A DNA stretch of 63,733 bases, filler included, from Sluysia triapertura (lineage: Eukaryota): NCBI GenBank assembly GCA_046118255.1. It is 5 parts of 5 records of this genome, joined end to end, with 100 filler letters (N's around TTAATTAATTAA, not from the genome) between each part and the next. Parts side by side here need not be neighbours in the genome. Positions count along the whole stretch, not along the records: positions 10,865 to 26,768 come from JBJNIA010215475.1; positions 26,869 to 39,061 come from JBJNIA010130071.1; 3 more parts are not named here. One strand, given 5' to 3'. Both the position numbers and the translations under genes were made by a program. Under the pieces are notes generated by a model. The model had not been told where the DNA came from. It was given only the letters and a program-made list of their open reading frames with translations, and did no database searches. Shown in pieces: positions 24,201-36,165 of the stretch (positions are counted from its first letter, which is position 1; every line of letters starts with the position of its first letter).

Positions 24201-25693
24201 CAAAAAGAAGACGAAAACAACCATTTCCTATAAAAATAGTTAACGGTAGTGAAAAGGTTACTTGCATTAGCAAAAATATACATATTCAGCATCCAATTTC
24301 AACAAATAAATCAGATAATGCAACTGTTCCTAAATCTTCTAATATTCACTCCCCGTCTACTGATCAATCTCCGCAATTAATGATTGTAACAGAAGATAAT
24401 ACTGAAACACAAATAGTTTCCAATGACGAAATTCCTTCGCCAAAGACTGACGATAATGCAAGTACTCCTAAGACGAATACAGTTACTACAACCACTACAG
24501 AATACTCTAACATGGGTAGTGAGATTAATTTTATGGATTTAGGTGATTTGTTAAAAGAAAAACAGTTGGATTTGAAAGAAAATAATAAGAGTTCCGAGGA
24601 AGCACAAGCATCTAAACATTCGAATCCTTCATTAAAAAGTAAAGGAAAACGATCTTTAAAAACAGAAATAACAAACATTCCCTCTAAAAAACTGAAACGC
24701 ACATCCACTCGAAAAAGTGGTACTAAAATTCAAGCGGAAGTTCAACAGACTGATCGAAAACTACGCACAAGAACTGCACCAAAACGTGTGATTATAGATG
24801 TATCAGACGAAGAAATCGATGAATTAATGAGTTCAAATTCTGCTGTGCAACCTACCGTGGCCAAACAAATGAAAAAGGATAATCAGGAATATAGTCAAGA
24901 AATTAATGTATCAGATAAATCAGAAGAAAATCAAAAATTATCACAGAAACCAATTGAGGAAATTGTACAAATTGTTGAAAAAGAAATTTCTGATGAATCA
25001 AAAAATCAAGCGTCAGCTACTAATATTGATATTATTAAATTAACTCAAGGTAATATATTACCTGAAAATTGTCAAGTGTCGGAATTAATAGATACAGTTG
25101 AAAAAGACGATACAAAAAGTTGCTTCGTAAAACTGGAACGAATAAAATTTACTGCTAAATCAAGAGAAGAAAGTGCTGAAGAAAGTTTAGATACTTCTAA
25201 ATCTGATCATGATGCTAGTACTAATGTAACTGAAAAATCAAAATTAGAAGCAATAGTCCAAGAGTCATCAATTTCACAAAGTAATAATTCTGTTAATATG
25301 ACCATAGAAAATAATAATGCGATCACTAATCTCCCTACAAATACGACTGCACCTACTAGCAATCGAAGCAAACGTAAAAAAGGCGTACCTAAACGTATTT
25401 TGATAGATAATACTATGCCAACAACACCTACAAAACCATTAATTGACGAAGAATTATTGGTAGTTGATACGGAAAGATGTGGTAAAGAAACTGTTGAAGC
25501 AGTTGATCTCAGTAAATCTAAAGAAACGATGACTAAACTGATGAATAATACAGCTCAAAATTTTTTACAATCACAAACACCTGATAAAGTTGCTGGAACA
25601 TCCTTAACAACATTTCAGCATTCGCAAATTCATAAACCTTCAACCGCCACTAATGATTTTTCGAGTATTGAAAACATATCGTCAGATTCATAA
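12214..25693 (+). CDS. ASH1L: Histone-lysine N-methyltransferase ASH1/ASH1L (H3K36), 7 coding exons: 12214-12280, 12350-12676, 12909-14531, 16387-18620, 20064-20567, 22949-23629, 23996-25693 (7134 nt, about 2377 aa)
   Basis: Domain order is diagnostic of ASH1: AT-hook-like motifs (KRGRKKK, KKGRP, KRRGRKPK), YRKIRTNTYVDTKP, AWS, SET (EYVGEV..RFINHNCAPN..ELSYDY), post-SET (CLCGSANCRG), bromodomain, PHD, BAH. All six introns are GT..AG and their phases join the ORF-track frames without stops. Confidence 0.93.
12350..12676 (+). CDS. ASH1L: ASH1L coding exon 2
   Basis: Acceptor TTTTAG ends 12349, donor GTTAGT at 12677. In frame with ORF 12307..12681. Confidence 0.75.
12909..14531 (+). CDS. ASH1L: ASH1L coding exon 3: AT-hook-like motifs and acidic repeats
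   Basis: Acceptor TTTAG ends 12908, open frame continues into ORF 13109..14575, donor GTATAT at 14532 (phase 1). Confidence 0.82.
15693..15793. repeat. 18-bp inverted repeat in ASH1L intron 3 (likely foldback/MITE remnant)
   Basis: AAATGTAATAGTTATGTT ... AACATAACTATTACATTT. Similar TTACATT motifs occur near 11.7-11.8 kb and 49.3 kb. Confidence 0.6.
16387..18620 (+). CDS. ASH1L: ASH1L coding exon 4: AWS-SET-postSET and bromodomain
   Basis: Acceptor TTCAG ends 16386, SET motifs in ORF 16353..18638, donor GTTAGT at 18621 (phase 0). Confidence 0.95.
20064..20567 (+). CDS. ASH1L: ASH1L coding exon 5: PHD finger
   Basis: VIKCVCG..MIQCDQCFVWQHAACM..YYCHVC. Acceptor AAG ends 20063 (least certain boundary), donor GTAAGT at 20568. 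Confidence 0.88.
22949..23629 (+). CDS. ASH1L: ASH1L coding exon 6: BAH domain
   Basis: VKIDDFVLV..MRIYSLWKDADGNRW..FMRP..FHKQEL..YKSGRP..VFVCD. Acceptor TTTTAG ends 22948, donor GTAATT at 23630. Confidence 0.9.
23996..25693 (+). CDS. ASH1L: ASH1L terminal exon 7: long low-complexity C-terminal tail
   Basis: Acceptor TTTAG ends 23995, in frame with ORF 24017..25693, TAA stop. Confidence 0.8.
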   Translation, partial: REYQIKFMEKLLAKLHEFARDRNQKLPSSATSSNASPVSHTSGCSSSCASSPILEEAGTTINVTTNESSKRRRKQPFPIKIVNGSEKVTCISKNIHIQHPISTNKSDNATVPKSSNIHSPSTDQSPQLMIVTEDNTETQIVSNDEIPSPKTDDNASTPKTNTVTTTTTEYSNMGSEINFMDLGDLLKEKQLDLKENNKSSEEAQASKHSNPSLKSKGKRSLKTEITNIPSKKLKRTSTRKSGTKIQAEVQQTDRKLRTRTAPKRVIIDVSDEEIDELMSSNSAVQPTVAKQMKKDNQEYSQEINVSDKSEENQKLSQKPIEEIVQIVEKEISDESKNQASATNIDIIKLTQGNILPENCQVSELIDTVEKDDTKSCFVKLERIKFTAKSREESAEESLDTSKSDHDASTNVTEKSKLEAIVQESSISQSNNSVNMTIENNNAITNLPTNTTAPTSNRSKRKKGVPKRILIDNTMPTTPTKPLIDEELLVVDTERCGKETVEAVDLSKSKETMTKLMNNTAQNFLQSQTPDKVAGTSLTTFQHSQIHKPSTATNDFSSIENISSDS

Positions 25694-25860
25694 AAAATAA
25701 GCAACTTTCAATTGAAGATCCATTTATGTATTTTAAATTTATGATGCAAATATTTAATTTTATGGCAGCATTTTATTATTATTATTATTATATAAATTTA
25801 AAAAACTAAATTAATTAATTCAACAATAACAAAGCACTACCTCTGTAAAATTACAAAAAT

Positions 25861-25861
<1 letters not shown>

Positions 25862-25903
<42 letters not shown>
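25862..25903. repeat. (AAT)n microsatellite downstream of the ASH1L stop codon
   Basis: Pure trinucleotide run. Confidence 0.95.
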
Positions 25904-25906
<3 letters not shown>

Positions 25907-26694
25907 TGAATATTTTTAATTTGTTACTCAATTATTTTTCAATAGGGCAGTGCAGTGGAAAGTTTGGAAACCTAAATATTTGCTTCTGCATCTATATACT
26001 AAATCTAATATAATCTTAGTGTAGTGAAATCATTAATGGTCGATTTGTAACATTAGGGTATTCATTTATATATGATGGATTTAAACTATTTTTGATGAAA
26101 TAAGTTAAAAGAATCAGTATTCAAATTAATATTTAATAATTTAATTGAAATTTGTTACAAGTCCGATCTTGAAATATATTTGTATGTATTAATATTTTTT
26201 AAATTGCTTTGAAAAAATGTTTTTATGCTTCAATAAATACGGTTTTTTTATTTGATCACATTTATGTAATGTGAAATGCACAAATATCAAAACAATGAAG
26301 CAAAATAATAAAATCAAGCTAATTTATATTTAATTCCTGATTTTAAAATAGTTATTATATATTTAGATGAGTTCATTATAATGTGATAATTTATGAATTT
26401 ATCGTATTTTAATCAATTTGTAATTTATTATATTACATGTGTTTATTATGTATATATTTTTATACGTATTTGTACATAGGTGTCTTAAAGTATTTAGTGA
26501 CATTTTTAATTTAATTGACTTATAATAAATTATAATTGTTATTTCAATATTTATTGTTTAAAATTGTTGAATTATATGTTATTCTTGGTCATTTTCATAT
26601 TAGCAGCTGTAATTTGACAAAAAACCGTCTTAAAATTAAAGTTTAATTATATTTATTTTATATTAATTTTTTGAATTGTTTGAGAATTGATTTA

Positions 26695-26768
26695 CAGTAG
26701 ACTCCCGTATAACGCGATTAATATGTTACGTGTTGTATGAAATCGCGTTGAACGAGGAAAAACTTGTA
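26695..26768 (+). mobile_element. Left end of a Tigger-like element or MITE running into an assembly gap
   Basis: TA-CAGTAGACTCCCGTATAACGCG is a typical pogo/Tigger TIR start. Confidence 0.55.
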
Positions 26769-27099
26769 NNNNNNNNNNNNNNNNNNNNNNNNNNNNNNNN
26801 NNNNNNNNNNNNTTAATTAATTAANNNNNNNNNNNNNNNNNNNNNNNNNNNNNNNNNNNNNNNNNNNNTATTTATCAAAACCCGACCATTCTTTACCTAA
26901 ATATTCAAATCCGCATAACCTTATGAAACAAAACTTTAACAATTTGAAATATACTAAATTTCAAAGATACTCGCAAATAACTAAACGAACATTGTAAAAG
27001 GATCTTTGTTTTATCGTTACTCTTTTACATAAAATTGAACTTAGGCTTGAAGAAAACACGCTATAAAACTTTAGTATCTGTTTGGTCTTAATTTATATA

Positions 27100-27720
27100 T
27101 ACTTTTTGAACATGCATACTGTTGTTGCATTATGTTTTGAAATGCGTTTTTTGTGTATATATATGGTGTAGGTGATATAATGTAATCGTAGGTAAAGAGT
27201 CCAACCAACTTCAATTGACTCGTTATATTCAGGAAATTTTAATCGAAGATCCTTATATTTTAATTGACCTTTACGATATCTTTTCTCGAATTTAATGAGG
27301 ACACATCGGAGAGATGCCGCATTTGAGATATATAGATTTTTTTTGAAATGCACCATCAATTTTAAAATCGTTCAAGGTTCTAATTAAAAGATCATTTCTG
27401 TTAACTAAACTTCTAACATAACAATTTAAAACTTCAGCTTCAATTGTATTCAAATTATCATTAGACAATATCTTCGATACACATTCGAAATTCATTCCTT
27501 TAAATAAATGAATGTTTGGTTTATCACTCAGTGATAGGGCAAATCGAAAAATTCCTAGCACATTTCTTTGGGATTCAAACAAAGCTCTTTGATAACATTG
27601 ATATTTGTACCAAAACTGATTAAGGTAAGAATTTATTCGACAAGGTTAAATCGATATTTCTTTCTTTATAATTGGCCACATTTCATTGGACAGATCCATA
27701 GATATGTATGTATGCAAATA
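27100..27720 (-). pseudogene. BTB-BACK domain protein pseudogene
   Basis: HLFKGMNFECVSKILSNDNLNTIEAEVLNCYVR resembles the BACK motif F..L..E.L..ILS.D.L...E.EV. The frame is broken across ORFs 27292..27582 and 27093..27359. Confidence 0.55.
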
Positions 27721-27759
27721 AAATTACTATATAAAAATACCAATAAAAAATGAGAAACG

Positions 27760-28155
27760 AAATCTCAATAAAAATTCAAAACAAAGTTCCAATTCTAAAT
27801 TAAAAGGGATTACAGACGCCAGATGTTGCAGTGTATTTTAGACGTTAGATCAGTCGAGTTCAATGATGATATAAATGTAACATATAATGAATTGTTAAAT
27901 TAAACGTAAAATATGATGAGCTAATTGATGAAATAAATGTAGTATACGATAAATCAAAGTTGACTTAAATCTAAATTATGACAAGTCAAAATCGAACGTA
28001 AATCAAGATGAACCTAATGTAAAAACAAGCACAGTACTTGGAGATTTAGAATTTTCCAGAATGATACCCAACGATTATTTAAGTATAGCTAAACAATACC
28101 TACCTAGCAGATTCATTTTGAAGTGTTCTCGGCTTAACGCAAAAAAACTACAGGT
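27760..28155 (+). repeat. Second, more decayed copy of the 3.3-4.6 kb element family
   Basis: Same 33-bp-type units (AACGTAAAATATGATGAGCTA, AAATTATGACAAGT, AACGTAAATCAAGATGAAC), preceded by an MLQC stretch like the ILQC of the first copy. Confidence 0.45.
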
Positions 28156-29267
28156 ATGCATGTGTTTTATGTTCAAGAAAAGACAAAAATTTGTTATTCG
28201 ATTTGAATTTAATGTTCGTATTATTTATTTTGTTCCTTTTTCTGTTGTTTAATAAAATTTTTCAAAAGCAATTTTGTTCATTTGTTTATGGTAATATCTT
28301 TTATCTTTGTTAAAGGTCATAAGCCTAACATTATTTTTAGATTAATTGTTAAGAAAATCAAAATATTAAAAATTAAAGTAATTGATTGAAATTTAGCAAA
28401 TTGACCAAGCCCCCCTCCAAAAAAATTTATTATTATCTCTATAATCACCACTATCAATAATAATATTATTATTGTTACAACAATGACTATCATTATTGTC
28501 ATTGTTAAAAAGAAGAGTTAAAAATTTCAAATTTAGTTACTTTGTTTATGGTAATTGTAAATTATGACTGTGTTTATGTTTGGAGTATGTATGAAGTATT
28601 TATTTGTGATGAAATGTGTTGTGATTGTGATGTATAGATGTAGAATCCACTACAATGCGATTTTATCAACATCCTTTTTGCATTATGCTGGTGTATATAT
28701 AAAACAATAAAAATATAAATTATAAAGATATCAAAACTGATAATTGTGTCAAAGCGATGAATTCCTTTATAATAATTTAGAAGCCTTTCTCATAAATAAG
28801 TTGCACTATCCGATATTTACGAATAACCGTGTTCTACGAATACTTTTAATCGTGCTTGTTGTCGATGTTGCATCTTGACAATTTGTGCAATGCATTTTAA
28901 ATCTGGTCCTTTTTTCTTATCTAATACTTTTTCATAATTTCCCGTTATCTGATCAGAACGTAATGGGACACCATTCTGTCCTTCGCCTTTCGGACCAAAA
29001 CATTTAGAATAATCGGAGAAAAACGCGAACTGCTAGAACATCTGTCCATTAGCGCTACCAAGCATAACCAATTTGTAAATTAACAATCACTAATAAAAAA
29101 TCCAACTTTTTTGATTAATTTAATGTCAATTCTATAAAAGAAGTTAATAATCTAATCAATTTTTATTTTAACCATATTAAACAGATGTTCATTGCTTTAA
29201 CAAGTTGTGTAATCACCAGATTTTACAAAAATTACGTAACCAATAGATATTTTTCAACTTAGTTAAA

Positions 29268-29328
<61 letters not shown>
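29268..29328. repeat. (ATT)n microsatellite
   Basis: Pure trinucleotide run. Confidence 0.95.
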
Positions 29329-29329
<1 letters not shown>

Positions 29330-29869
29330 ATCATTATTAATATTATTTTAATTAATCTTTATTAACTTAAAGATCCTTGCTTTCCACACGATCTTGACAT
29401 AAATAACATTAATAAGTCTAAAAGTGAACTGTTATTTATTTACTAAAAAGTTATTGTTTATAAAAGTATCGAGTGTAATTCATTGTTAAACATACATGAT
29501 TATATTTACAAATTTTCTTGAGTGTTTTGTATATATAGTATTTAGATTTTATGCATAATCTTTGCATCTGTTTATGAATTTGGTGAGTACATTGAGTGCT
29601 GTATTGTGTGTATCATATTTTGTGAAATAGTGTTAATTGGTAATCTAAAAATGTGTGAAAGTGGAGTAAATTTATTGAATAATAGAATGCTTGAATCTAT
29701 CGATGTGTGGTTTAAAGTTTACATGTGAGATGAAGAATGTATAAAGAAATATTAAATGATCTAGGAATATATTTGATTTAGATTGGAAAATTTGTTAAAT
29801 ATAATATGAATATAAGGTTTATTTATTATATGCTGTTTCTGTTGTAAAATTTGATGTCTCACATACCTC

Positions 29870-30203
29870 TCTTCCTCAACAACACGGCTAATGATTATCA
29901 AGGCAGATTTGAGGCTCCATCAGTCCATCAAGAAAATTTAAACAATAACATAAATTAATCCAAGGTCTGGTTCTTAATGATATTCCACCAAAAACCAGAA
30001 AAGAATTGGTTCGTCGTATTCAAGATGCTACAGCAGCAATCACTTACAATTTGATCGCCTGTTTTAGTGCTGTGGTGAAAGGAAAAACGAACATTTTCGA
30101 GAAGTGTAGTGAAATTTCCAAATATTAATATTTCTTAAATATAATTTGATCATTTTTGTTATAATCTTTAGTCAAAATTGTGCGTTACTTTCTGGACACC
30201 CTG
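29870..30203 (+). mobile_element. Tc1/mariner (maT-like) transposase C-terminus and right TIR
   Basis: PPKTRKELVRRIQDATAAIT..EHF, and a terminal ACTTTCTGGACACCCTG (reverse complement CAGGGTGTCCAGAAAGT). Confidence 0.7.
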
Positions 30204-31554
30204 TTTAGAATGCATAATAAAATTTTCCTTGTTTTTTATAATTTCAATACATTTCAGAAAATAGCTTGTGATATCAGCGAGCATGAAAAGTCATCACTTT
30301 ATAACAATTATTAACATTATTATTATTAAGAGCTTGTTGAATATCACTTTTGCTTATTTTCGTACTTGAATAAATAGAACTACTCATTGAATCGAACTAC
30401 GACACATTATCCACTTGCCATCCACAACAAAAACGTGCATAACATAACTAGAGGAATAAAAATAGCTATAGAGAAACAACTTCTAAGTATGTAATTAAAG
30501 AACAGAGCCTGAAGATTGGGTTTATGTAACTGCAATAACATTGCAATTATTTTTATGAACATATTAACTTGTGAATATTTTAGTAGTTTTATATTTTTTT
30601 AATATTGAAAATATTATAAATATTAATATTATCATAATCAGAATTGAATTGAAGAAAAGAATTGAAGTAGTTAAAAAAGTTATTAATTATTCAATCATCT
30701 ATACCTTTAAGGTCAAAAGTACAATATATATAGATGACTAAAATTAAAGTTAAAACACACAAGTGCAAAAACAAAGTTTTGTAAATCTGTGAGAAACTTT
30801 TAAAGTCTTTTAACGATTATATTTTGGTATTCAAATTTTTGGGTAGAAAATATTAACTTTAATCGAAGAAATTTTTATTGATTTATTCACATCGTTAGTT
30901 TTTGTTTAATAGTTTTTACAATCATTAACAAATTGCTTAATAAAATATAGGTAAATTTTTTAACTGCTGATTATTATTTCTTAGTTATTATTTAAATAAC
31001 GTAATAAAATATTCTCAAAAATATAGAACTAAATGATAATCTTAACAAATCACCTTTAACTAATCTGTATTTACCATATTTGATTAATAAACCTTAATTA
31101 TTATTTCGAGTATTCTTAATTTGAGCAAATGATTTCGATAACCTTTAAATTTTAACATACATAAAATAACATCCTGCGAGTTTTATTAAGAATTTAAAAA
31201 ACACCTAACATGGTTTTTAAAGAAGATAATATAAATATATAATACAAGTTATTTAAAATAATTATCATAGAAATTCATAAAATAATCTATAAAGAAATAT
31301 TCAAAAGATTAATATAAATTACACAATATAAAGGTTTCATTTAAAAAGAAAACGTAGTAAAATACTACTTTCTATGTCTCATTTAAAGTAAAGTGGCCAG
31401 AGTAAAATACACAAACAATCCTTGATTCATTTCATAAAAACCCAGAATTAAATATAAATAAATCTTGCCTCAGTTATAGATAAAGCTAAGGAAGATATAA
31501 ACTTATTAAGAAATAATTTAAATTATTTGCAACATCTTTATTATTTTAAAATCC

Positions 31555-32272
31555 AATTTAGTGAGTTCACGTTAGAATCCGCTTCAATGAGGATTGATGC
31601 CCTGACTGCACAAGTAGCCGAAATTACTAAACTAGTTGCCAGAGGTCTGACGCAACAAGCCAATAAACCTCCCACTAGACGTCAATCAGTGCCAAACTCC
31701 AGGTCCTCATCGCTATCCCGAAAATCAGCCAGCAGTCTCGGAAGGTTCAACGGTATCTGCTATTACCATAATAAGTACCACCAACAGAAAACAAAATGTT
31801 GCGCACTAGGATGCAGATAACCCAATAAGTTGAACACGCTCCGGATAAAAAATATATGCATATATCATGCACATTTTAAAACGTTGGCGAAGCGATGCAT
31901 GGACGGCTGCAATCAATTTAATACTTTTAATGCAGCATCAAAAAACTGAACTCGCCATTGGTCGTAGCGGCCAGAGCGGACAATATGGCGATCAGCAGCA
32001 TATTCTCAGTGCCGCTAAGATTCATCAATTTCCAGCATGTCTCCCTCGAGTTTCTTATCGACACTGGAGCCGCAGTTTCGGTCATACCACAAAAAATTAT
32101 AAACACAACCAAAACACGCTCCTATTTAACAGCAGCTAACGGAACAGCCGTGGCTAGCTATGGCTCACAGAAACTCAAATTTCAAATTCACCCATTCAAA
32201 GAAATACTCGAATGGACTTTTCTCATAGCGGCAGACTTCCACACAAAAACATTACACAAAATCTCCAGATAA
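31555..32272 (+). mobile_element. Ty3/Gypsy LTR retrotransposon remnant (CsRn1-like): gag C-terminus and aspartic protease
   Basis: Gag IDALTAQVAEITK..RS-rich..ICYYHNKY..KC..GC (CHCC knuckle). Protease FLIDTGAAVSVIP..LTAANGT..SYG..EWTFLIA. Degenerate Trp-type PBS-like TAGTGAGTTCACGT at about 31559. Confidence 0.88.
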
Positions 32273-35219
32273 TTGTCACACATAAAGATAGAACAAAATC
32301 AAATAAGCCTATTGACACATCAAAGTAAACAGTTATGTAATGTTACAAGAGATGTAATGATGTCACTTGAGTGCATTATATCTCTATCAATACCTGATCA
32401 ATATTTTAAATTATGTGGCCAATCTCTTCTATCTAATAATCAGTTCCATTTTAACATCATAATTATGGCTATATTTGTATCCGCTTTGTTAATTTGTGTT
32501 TATTAAATTTATTGTCTTCATATTAGATATATTCTAACAGTAATTCTGCCCAGTCTGTGATTTCTCTAAGTTACATGCTTTCTTCTATTTTTAATTTTTT
32601 GAATTATTAATTACTCATTTTCATATTTCTAAATTTTATTACGACTATTACAATTTCTGAAGAAATAACCGACATATTATATTCCTTGTAATTTTTTGTC
32701 ACATTTGGCTTGTAGATTTTTGAAACACAAACAGTAAGAAAATTAAAAAATTGTTGATTTTTGTGAAAAGTTATAATTAAATCTAGGTTAAAAAAAACGT
32801 TTTGTTTTAATATTATATTCTATTTACAATATGAATAAAATTGAATATAAAACAGTAGTAAAAAACAGAGAAATGCGTATAAAAATAATTTTCAGTCATA
32901 TTCAACTATTAAGTGATGGACTAAGGAGTTTAAAATGGAAGAATTTCGTCTTTTAATGAAGACAAGAGTGACCGACCAATAAAAATTTGGGATCAATACG
33001 GAAATTATTCAAACTTTATCGTAGAGAATCGTCGAATATCGATAAGAAATTTACCAACAGAGTTAAACATTGCAGCCAGATCCATTGTTACATTACTTCA
33101 ATAAAATTTTGTGCCAGATTAACTGTAAAGATGTTTTAAAACCGACTTTAAAATGAATTTTCAAGTTCAGTAACAATAGAGTAATTATTTATTACGAATA
33201 AGTTTATATTTACTTGAGTCTTGTGACTCAATCCACTTGATTTTATGGAGAAATGGTAAATCATAAATGCTGCACACAATTGATAAGGGTGGGGAAAATG
33301 AGAATGCCTTCGAACACTGCAATAAATACAAATTTATAAGCATTTATAAATAATCACCCTGATTTTTAATACTTTTTATGGCACTGAGTACAACAAAGCA
33401 TTAGTTTTGTCGCATGTTTTATTAAAAATTTTTAAATATTTGATATTGTTTTCAAACTGGTATTATTTCTGAACAAGTATCTTGTGTTAATTCAAAATAT
33501 GCTAAAATTGTTTATTTGTCACTTTTGTAGTAAAAAGATTTTTCTAAAACATCTTATACACCCTATAATATGGTACTTCTACATGCCATGCCTTTGTTAT
33601 ATGTGGTATTTCTTTGAGTAAATATCGTAAGGTGTACTAAAACTCAATAATTAATTATGTAAGCCTTTGCCACAAACTGGATACGTTTTAAGGAAAATCA
33701 TGTCAATTTCATTTAATATTTCATAACAATATTACTATTAAGATAGGTTAACTGTCATGTAATATTATCTAACGTCAGTAATTTACAATTAAATAATTTA
33801 AATAATAAACAAATTATTATGTTATTTTCAATATATTATTATGTTATTTTCAAGACATTATTAAAAGAACTTTGATTTAAATTATCTTAACTGTAAAGAC
33901 GTATTTGCTTTTAAACTAAATACTGCTAAGTATAGAACAATTAACATTTTTGAATCAAAATGCAATACATTATTAATAAATACAAATGTAAATGATAAAC
34001 GATTCTACAAATTTTATTAAAAGTTGTTTAGATTCCGAAGTTACAGCTGCACAACAAAGCAAGTACGTCAATTAATACAGGAATATCCGATTAACATTTC
34101 GATATAATTATATTGCGTTTTAACAGGTTTCAATTTAGTGCTAATTTACTGTCCAAACTAATGACTTTAAACCTATAACGCCTAACATATTTAACAAAAT
34201 TCCCGATATTTTGAAATCATTTAATAGTTCTTCGTTTATTATGTATCTTACAACATAACTCACAACGTTATTCATTAAACCATTCAATAATGACGTTGCA
34301 TTAAATAATTTTAGGTTACACATCATCCACAGACTTAAACATTTCATAATTTATCGAACCTTAAAGTTATGTCACAATCCATCAAATATAGAGCAGGTAT
34401 AAAGTCGAATTCGTAGAAATCTTCAAAAAATTCGTATAAATCGACTGTCACAAGAGTCTCACTAAATTTATCTGTTATTTATTTCGCTATGTCAGATAAG
34501 TTAATTGCCAATTATTATTAGTTACTTTATTTAAAATTTAAAATCTCAATTAATAACAATTAATATTTAGAATTCAGAGTAAGTATTAATTTTCGATTTA
34601 CTTAATCAATTAATGTTTATTTTTCATTTTCAGGAAAATCCATTCAGGTTATTTATTTTTTAATTATTTCATTCTAATAATAATTATAATTGTTTTGCAT
34701 TTATAATTTCAGATGCACATTCCCCCACAATATTCTTACAATTGTCCAAAAACGAAGAATATATTGAAGGTATTTGAAGCTACTAAAATAGAAGTGAAAT
34801 TAAAATTAGTTAATGAAATTAATCGAAATATCCCATTGAAACTCGACCTCCACCATGAATGTCGTAATGAAAGACTAATTCTGGCGTCACGAATTATTTT
34901 ATTTTCATATTTTATCTAAAAAATTTGGTGAGTTTTATATTAGTTTCGTGGAAGCAAAGTATGGAATAGGAGTTGAAATAAATTCTCCCCAAATGACAAT
35001 ATTCGATATTTGGATTGAAATAAATCGGAGCCGAAATTCTAAACTTCATTATAACTCATTCAAATTCATAATCAATAACCAAACATGATTCTAGTAATAA
35101 AAACGATATTAAGTACAGTATTGAAATGATAAAAATAATATTCTTTTGTGATTTACATCTTATATCAAAGACAATTTCATAAAACGCATTATCATTTACT
35201 TCATGTGTAAGAAAAACAT

Positions 35220-35330
35220 TATACTCGCATGGTAGACATGTTTACAATACTTTTTTATGAGGAAACGACCCGGATTAGTGTTTAATGATATTTTTGTTTC
35301 GTCCATCAAAATCCACGTTACTGACAGTTG
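35220..35330 (-). mobile_element. pogo/Fot1-type DDE_1 transposase fragment
   Basis: WILMDETKISLNTNPGRFLIKKYCKHVY matches the NxDETG..PGKV..KG.K.VY first-aspartate motif. Confidence 0.55.
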
Positions 35331-35651
35331 TAACCTTAATCTGAAACTTTTTTGAATTAGACAATAGCATAAAACATCGTTCGGAATGTTTATTTTTAAT
35401 TTATACGAATTAGTCACAGAAACATCAAAATTAATAATAATTAGTGTCTAAAATAAGTTATGAATCAGAATTTAGTACAATGATAGTTTGGAAATATCTA
35501 AATCTTCGACCAATGCTGGGACAATAAAAAGTGCTATCGAAGAAAATCCAAATATTCACAGTACCAAAATTATGAATGAATTATACATCTTTGAATAGGC
35601 GAAATATTTTATATTAAAAATAAATTATCATCAGCTTCGATAATAGAGATG

Positions 35652-36165
35652 CAGTGGTACCTCTACCTACGAAACACCTCTGAAAAATATTACCTCTGGT
35701 TACAAAAGAAATTTCAGGGTTTTCAGATTTTAATAAAGATTTAGATTTGTCAAATTTTGTTACACTTAACTATGAATCCCAAAAAAGATATGGAAAAAAG
35801 TGGTAAGCAAGAGATAACACAAAAGTACGATAAAAGGATACGTTTGGTTGATCTAGCCAAAGAATATGGCCGTAATTCATCTACAATACTAAAAAAGAAG
35901 TTCTAAAAGCTACTACTCCTTCCATAAGTCTCTCTGCCACTTCGAAGAGGAGGTTCGTAGTGAACGATGAGATGGAGAGGTTGTTACTCGTGTGGATAAA
36001 GGCAGCGGCACTCTTTAATGACCTCCTGAAAAAGATGCAGACAAGGGAAATTCGGCGCAAGAACAGCACCAGGAGTTTAAGGCATTATGTTTGAATTTGG
36101 GGGGCTTGAAACCGATTAGGCATACAAGGAAAGAGGCTCTACATACGAAACATCCAGAACCACTG
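35652..36165 (+). mobile_element. Internally deleted Tigger (pogo superfamily, TIGD1-like) DNA transposon
   Basis: TIRs CAGTGGTAC / GAACCACTG-TA. Encodes KQEITQKYDKRIRLVDLAKEYGRNSSTILK..EVLKATTPS..SKRR..DEMERLLLVWIK, the CENP-B-type HTH of Tigger transposases. Confidence 0.88.

Noticed and set aside
28790-29110. Possible piggyBac transposase C-terminal cysteine-rich remnant (minus strand, KRTRFKMHCTNC)
   Set aside because: Too degenerate; only one CxxC is recognisable.
33000-34480. Possible second BTB-type pseudogene on the minus strand
   Set aside because: Only vague similarity, with no diagnostic motif.
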